Positions 58,821-64,000 of a stretch of 64,000 nucleotides of DNA are shown here, piece by piece. This stretch comes from Bacteroidia bacterium (GTDB lineage Bacteria; Bacteroidota; Bacteroidia; M30B66). Below the pieces are notes generated by a model. It did not search any database. It was given only the letters and a program-made list of their open reading frames with translations, and was not told where the DNA came from. The stretch is taken from assembly GCA_965279035.1 (NCBI GenBank), contig OZ257142.1, positions 3,392,001 to 3,456,000 of the forward strand, given 5' to 3'. Every line of letters begins with the position of its first letter. Positions within the stretch are counted from its first letter, which is position 1. A program made the position numbers and the translations under genes.

Positions 58821-60284
58821 ATGCTATTTAATTCATTTCATTTTGCTTTATTTCTACCAATTGTATTTATTATATATTGGTCACTATCTGATAAAAAATT
58901 ATGGATTCAAAATAGCTTGCTTTTAGTATCAAGCTATTTCTTTTATGCATGTTGGGATTGGAAATTTATGTTTCTACTAATATTTTCAACACTATTAGAT
59001 TATTTTACAGGAATTAAAATATACAATGCTAATTCAATAAAAAATAAATCTTTTTGGTTGTGGCTTAGTATCCTAATTAATTTAGGATTTCTTTGTGTTT
59101 TTAAATATTACAATTTTTTCATACATTCATTCGCAGAAGGAATTACAATACTAGGTTTAAAATCAAATTTTAGTTCTTTACAAATAATTTTACCAGTTGG
59201 AATATCATTTTATACTTTTCATGGATTATCTTATGTTATTGATATTTATAAGAATAGAATCAAACCTGAACGGAATTTTGTAGATTATTCCTTGTTTGTT
59301 AGTTTCTTTCCATTATTAGTAGCCGGACCAATAGAAAGAGCTACACATTTATTACCTCAAATTATTAATAAAAGGAAATTTGATTATACCAAAGCAGTAG
59401 ATGGATTACGTCAAATTTTATGGGGTTTATTCAAAAAGATTGTAATTGCAGATAATTGTGCAGAATATGCAAATTTAATTTTCAATAATTCAACAGATTA
59501 TTCTGGTAGTACCTTGGTTATAGGAGCAATATTTTTTGCAATTCAGATATATGGTGATTTTTCCGGATATTCTGATATCGCTTTAGGTACAGCAAGATTA
59601 TTTGGAATTGATTTGTTAAGAAATTTTGCTTTCCCCTACTTTTCAAGAGATATTGCTGAATTTTGGAGACGATGGCACATTTCTTTATCTTCTTGGTTTA
59701 AAGATTATTTATACATTCCATTAGGTGGAAGTAAAGGTGGAATGAAAATGAAAATCAGAAACACTTTTGCAATATTCTTAGTAAGTGGATTTTGGCATGG
59801 AGCTAATTGGACATTTTTAGTATGGGGTTTTCTTAATGCTTTATATATAATGCCTTCAATTATTTTTAACACCAATAGAAATAATTTAGATAGTGTGGCT
59901 AAAGGGAAATTAATACCATCTTTAAAAGAATTATTTCAAGTAACAATTACATTCATATTGACAGTTTTTGCATGGATATTCTTTAGAGCAAGCAATATGA
60001 CTCACGCAATTAATTATGTTAAAAAAATAGGTGAAGGGATCTTTAAAAAATCATCTTATATAGAATCATTGAATTTATTGCGTTGGGAAATTGGATATGC
60101 TATTCCAATACTGATAGTAATTTTTTTCATAATAGAATGGATTGGAAGAGAGCGTCAGTTTGCAATTGCACATTTAGGATTAAATTGGTACAGACCTGTT
60201 AGATGGCTAATGTATTCATCAATAATAATTGGGATTTTTTATTTTACAGGGAAAGAACAACAATTCATTTACTTTCAATTTTAA
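58821..60284 (+). CDS. MBOAT family O-acyltransferase (AlgI/DltB-like)
   Basis: MLFNS, LPVGISFYTF, FFPLLVAGPIER, DFSGYSDIA, EFWRRWHISLSSWFKDY, SGFWHGA, FIYFQF. Confidence 0.95.
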   Translation: MLFNSFHFALFLPIVFIIYWSLSDKKLWIQNSLLLVSSYFFYACWDWKFMFLLIFSTLLDYFTGIKIYNANSIKNKSFWLWLSILINLGFLCVFKYYNFFIHSFAEGITILGLKSNFSSLQIILPVGISFYTFHGLSYVIDIYKNRIKPERNFVDYSLFVSFFPLLVAGPIERATHLLPQIINKRKFDYTKAVDGLRQILWGLFKKIVIADNCAEYANLIFNNSTDYSGSTLVIGAIFFAIQIYGDFSGYSDIALGTARLFGIDLLRNFAFPYFSRDIAEFWRRWHISLSSWFKDYLYIPLGGSKGGMKMKIRNTFAIFLVSGFWHGANWTFLVWGFLNALYIMPSIIFNTNRNNLDSVAKGKLIPSLKELFQVTITFILTVFAWIFFRASNMTHAINYVKKIGEGIFKKSSYIESLNLLRWEIGYAIPILIVIFFIIEWIGRERQFAIAHLGLNWYRPVRWLMYSSIIIGIFYFTGKEQQFIYFQF

Positions 60285-60289
60285 TAAAA

Positions 60290-61243
60290 ATGAAAATATT
60301 CTTGAAATCTTTATTGCTATTTTCATTTTTCCTCTTAACAATCATTGTAATTGATCTTTTATTTTTTTGCTATAAAAATGATATTACACAAAATGATATT
60401 CCGGCATTAAATTTTTCTGATAGTTACTCTTTTAATGAAAAGATTCGATTCATAAAAACATTAAATAAAGAAGATTCAATCTTTGTTTTTGGCTCATCAA
60501 TGTCCTTAAATAATCTTCATTCACAAACTGTATTAAATAATTTTAATTGCCAACATTATTTAAATACCTCATCTTGGGGTATGACTATGTGCGATAATTA
60601 TAGATTATTAAAATCTCTATCTACTATTTATAAAATTAAAAAGATATTAATGGTGAGTAATATTGTAGATTTTAAATTGACTGACAAAAAAATTAATTTT
60701 GAATATATGGAAAGCTATTTAAATTCAAATTATTTAAATACTATATACAGAATCGCAGATAATTTTGATTTGAACTATTATATGGAGAACGCAATTTTCG
60801 CTAAGAAAGCAAGAGCTTGTTTAAGTGAATATTGGTATTTGAAATTTGACAAATGTGGCACAATTAATTTAAATTTAAAACCTGATGATATTGATAAAAA
60901 AAGATGGAATAATGATTATTTAAATGAAAATGGATCAAAAACCCAATATAAATATTTAGATAGTATATCCAACTATTGCAAGAATAATAAGATAGAACTT
61001 ATTATTTTCCAAAGTCCATTAAGGGAAGGTATAATGCAAAATTTAAATCAAACCAAGATGTATACTCTAAATAACCATATAAATAAAGTGGATTCAATTT
61101 TAAAAATAAATCATCAAGTGTTTGTAGATTCAAATAATAGTTTTTGGCCAGATTCATTATTTGCTGATGCTATTCATTTTAATAAAGGAGGCGCAAAATT
61201 ATTTACAGAATTTTGCTTTAATAAAATCAAATTGAAAAATTAA
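60290..61243 (+). CDS. SGNH-like companion protein of the MBOAT (AlgJ/DltD-like)
   Basis: N-terminal TM helix, FGSS block I, FADAIHFN DxxH block; ATG 60290 just after the MBOAT stop. Confidence 0.7.
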   Translation: MKIFLKSLLLFSFFLLTIIVIDLLFFCYKNDITQNDIPALNFSDSYSFNEKIRFIKTLNKEDSIFVFGSSMSLNNLHSQTVLNNFNCQHYLNTSSWGMTMCDNYRLLKSLSTIYKIKKILMVSNIVDFKLTDKKINFEYMESYLNSNYLNTIYRIADNFDLNYYMENAIFAKKARACLSEYWYLKFDKCGTINLNLKPDDIDKKRWNNDYLNENGSKTQYKYLDSISNYCKNNKIELIIFQSPLREGIMQNLNQTKMYTLNNHINKVDSILKINHQVFVDSNNSFWPDSLFADAIHFNKGGAKLFTEFCFNKIKLKN

Positions 61244-61497
61244 ATTTTATTTATTAATATTTTATAGTATTATTTATATTAAGAAAAGGAAAAAATGCTA
61301 TTTGATAAAGAATCTTAATTCAACATAAAATGAGGATTACCGCTTAAGTACTATCACCACTAAAATCGAAAATCTTACTTAAATAATTAATACTTCAACA
61401 TAAATAGCTATAAAACGAATGAATGAATTTTCATTTGGTACATACAATAAGAATATTGCTAAATGAACATTTTTATTATTGTAATAAAAAAAACATT

Positions 61498-62625
61498 CTA
61501 AATAGGTCTTGAATTGATAACTTCAAATTTCTTCTTTAATTTTAAAAAAGGTGTCTCAATAAACTTATATGAAATTATTGATACGATAACAGTAAAAGAC
61601 AGAGAATATATAAAAGAAACGAGCGAATTCGAAGGCAAAACAGAAATACGCGCAGTCATATAATCAGCAACTCCATTCCCCAATAAATGATATAAGTAAA
61701 GCCCGTATGACCTTTTGCCTAAAAAAACAAATATTTCTTTTGAAAAAATAAATTTCAAATATTTGCTGTGTAATACTGAGTATAATACCATTGAAGTTGA
61801 AATTCCTACCAAAGTATAGCTTAAGACTAACCAGTATGATATATTATCTAAGTTTGGTAGAAAGCATAATAAAATGAAATTTAATATCCCCAAAAAACCT
61901 ATCAATAAAGGCTTCATTCTTTTTAATAAATAATCGAAACCTCCAAAGCCAATTACTATGCCCAAGATAATTGATTCAAAATGAGTAATTGGCAAAACCC
62001 AAATGGCAGGATGAGGAATATTGATAGCAATTAATGCACACCTGATAATATTAAAAAAAACAAAAACAGAGATTAGGGAAATTATCCTAATCTTAAAAGA
62101 GGAGCGAATTAAAAATAAAATAATAATCGGAATAAATATATAAAACTGTTCTTCATAAGTAATTGTCCATAGATGAGCAAGATATGGCAATGGGTTATAT
62201 CCATAAATAGCAGTAAATATATTATCAGAAAATGTGAATAATCCAATAATTCTGATTCCGATATTATCTCTAATAGGACCTATAAACAAGCTATAAAGTG
62301 CTACTGAAAATCCTATTAAAAGAAAGTAAATTGGCCAAATTCGGAAAATTCTCCTCAAATAAAATTTCTTGAAATTTATTTCATTCGTTTTATAAAATTC
62401 AGCGATAAGAAGTTTAGTAAATAAAAAGGCGGATAATGCAAAGAATAAATCAACACCTATCCAACCATTAGAATGCAAAATTGATAGAAAGGGTATTTTA
62501 GAAAATAAACTATGATGATGAACAAAAACTAATAAAAAAGCAAAAAATCTTAATCCATCCAATTCAGGAAAATAAATTCTTTCAATTCCTTTATCATTTT
62601 TATTTAAAATTTTGTTCATGAACAT
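61498..62625 (-). CDS. Acyltransferase family 3 (OafA/YrhL-like)
   Basis: LDGLRFFA, GVDLFFALS, FYLRRIFRIWP, HLWTITYEEQFY, SYGLYLYH, SYKFIETP. Confidence 0.93.
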   Translation of the reverse strand: MFMNKILNKNDKGIERIYFPELDGLRFFAFLLVFVHHHSLFSKIPFLSILHSNGWIGVDLFFALSAFLFTKLLIAEFYKTNEINFKKFYLRRIFRIWPIYFLLIGFSVALYSLFIGPIRDNIGIRIIGLFTFSDNIFTAIYGYNPLPYLAHLWTITYEEQFYIFIPIIILFLIRSSFKIRIISLISVFVFFNIIRCALIAINIPHPAIWVLPITHFESIILGIVIGFGGFDYLLKRMKPLLIGFLGILNFILLCFLPNLDNISYWLVLSYTLVGISTSMVLYSVLHSKYLKFIFSKEIFVFLGKRSYGLYLYHLLGNGVADYMTARISVLPSNSLVSFIYSLSFTVIVSIISYKFIETPFLKLKKKFEVINSRPI

Positions 62626-62835
62626 TTTTGTTATTAAAAACTAACAGAGAAGCTTTTGCTATAAATCTAGTGCAAAACAATCTGCTTTCCAATCAATTTT
62701 AAAAAAGGTGAACCTAAATTTATACCTGACAAATATAACAAGAAAAACAAAATACTTTAAACTTACAAAATGAATAAATCTTGAGATTATGCTCTAAATC
62801 ATAAGTGTTTTATTAATACTATCTTTTATAAAAAT

Positions 62836-63843
62836 TTATTCTAAGTTTAAATTCAGCCATTTTAACCAATCATTTGCTATATTGTCCCAATTATTATTTT
62901 CAAAATCAATTTCGCCAGTTTTATTAACTCCAAAAAAATTATGATCTAAACCAATATAAGCCTGAAATCTAAAATTATTTTTCCTTTTTCTAATAATTTC
63001 TGTATGCAAATAATCATTGAAAGGTGTGCTCGGATCCATAGTTCCATAGCAAACTAATACAGGAATTTTCAATTTTGAAAAGGAGCTAATTGAAGATTTT
63101 GAGAAACTATAAGTTGATTTATATAAATCATAGTACTTCCCATCAATGTTGTCAATGTTTTCTACAACTTCTTCATAATATTGAAATTCATCATCTGCAT
63201 ATTTTGTAGAATCTGCAAGATTTTCTCTTTGTCTTGATTTTGATACCATAGACATTATTTGGCCACATGGATTTCCGCATGCGTATATTAAGTGTGTTAT
63301 TCTTTTAGATTTCAAAGCCATTTCAATAGCAACTCGTGCACCTTGAGAATGACCGGCAACTATTAAGTTACACACATTAACATATTTTTGGTGAGTCAAA
63401 TAGTCAATTATATAAAGATTTCTTTTTACATAATATTCAAGGTAATTATTTTTGGAATACTTAATGGGTGGCTTTTGAGAATTGCTTTCAAAATATGAAT
63501 AATCAGATTGTAAATCTTTTGAATCAATTATAAAAGGAATTCCAGGCTTGCCAACTAATACAAGGTGATATTTCTCACAAATTGCATTTGTATTGAATGG
63601 GAATTGAGGGAAATATTCTTTGCCTTCTTTAATTAATAAGGGAATTGGTAAGCTACCTTGGCAGAAGAAAAATAATGGTTTAGACTTCATTTCATCACCG
63701 CTTTTAGATTTTATTAATATGTTGATGCTATCATTATTATATAAAATACTAATTCGTTTGAAGCCCTGAATATCAAGGAAATTAGTTTGTCCAAAAACTT
63801 TAACAGTTAATAATAATATTATTATAAAAGAGCTATTTTTCAT
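62836..63843 (-). CDS. Secreted alpha/beta hydrolase
   Basis: Signal peptide; GHSQG nucleophile elbow, YGTMD, GLDHNF. Confidence 0.8.
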   Translation of the reverse strand: MKNSSFIIILLLTVKVFGQTNFLDIQGFKRISILYNNDSINILIKSKSGDEMKSKPLFFFCQGSLPIPLLIKEGKEYFPQFPFNTNAICEKYHLVLVGKPGIPFIIDSKDLQSDYSYFESNSQKPPIKYSKNNYLEYYVKRNLYIIDYLTHQKYVNVCNLIVAGHSQGARVAIEMALKSKRITHLIYACGNPCGQIMSMVSKSRQRENLADSTKYADDEFQYYEEVVENIDNIDGKYYDLYKSTYSFSKSSISSFSKLKIPVLVCYGTMDPSTPFNDYLHTEIIRKRKNNFRFQAYIGLDHNFFGVNKTGEIDFENNNWDNIANDWLKWLNLNLE

Positions 63844-63881
63844 TCTACTTGTCTGATAATATTTTAAAATAATGTTCCTTA

Positions 63882-64000
63882 TGTAAGCTCCCCCGAAAAT
63901 AGTACAGTTTGAAAAAAGAATTTCTAATTTTAAAACTGTAATATGAGAAAGACAAGATTCACCCCGACGCAGATTGCAAAGATCCTTAAAGAGTTTGAAC
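63882..64000 (+). mobile_element. IS3-family element, left end (truncated by the window); OrfA starts at 63943
   Basis: TG-starting IRL-like TGTAAGCTCCCCCGAAAATAGTACAG; OrfA MRKTRFTPTQIAKILKEFE. Confidence 0.8.

Overview
Chromosomal window from a Bacteroidota bacterium, inferred from TAnnTTTG promoter boxes, T9SS-sorted proteins and DUF4199/FISUMP genes. The backbone carries a CapD-like dehydratase, GT4 glycosyltransferases, surE, three tRNAs (Arg-TCT, Ser-GCT, Pro-TGG), histidine kinases, a glgE-maltokinase-glgB operon, murB and icmF. Accessory content: (1) a 7.6 kb element integrated in tRNA-Pro, with 24-bp att repeats, arm-type repeats, a tyrosine integrase, a serine resolvase and an HTH-fused HUH (rolling-circle Rep-like) protein; (2) a RAYT-like Y1 transposase with a REP doublet; (3) an intact IS4 with 20-bp TIRs and a 9-bp TSD; (4) the left end of an IS3; (5) an AT-rich O-acylation block. 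The best candidate novel system is a homogentisate phytyltransferase-like gene plus a SAM methyltransferase-like gene plus a phytol-kinase/DUF92 (VTE5+VTE6-like) fusion, suggesting phytol salvage into a tocopherol-precursor-like prenylquinol in a presumed non-phototroph. The second is a set of strand-polarised inverted 7/8-mer micro-arrays in five intergenic regions, one of which encloses a four-helix-bundle (Avd/IVP-like) gene directly upstream of a FISUMP gene resembling a DGR target. A REP-like palindrome also sits in frame inside icmF. All calls come from reading motifs by eye; no database searches were run.
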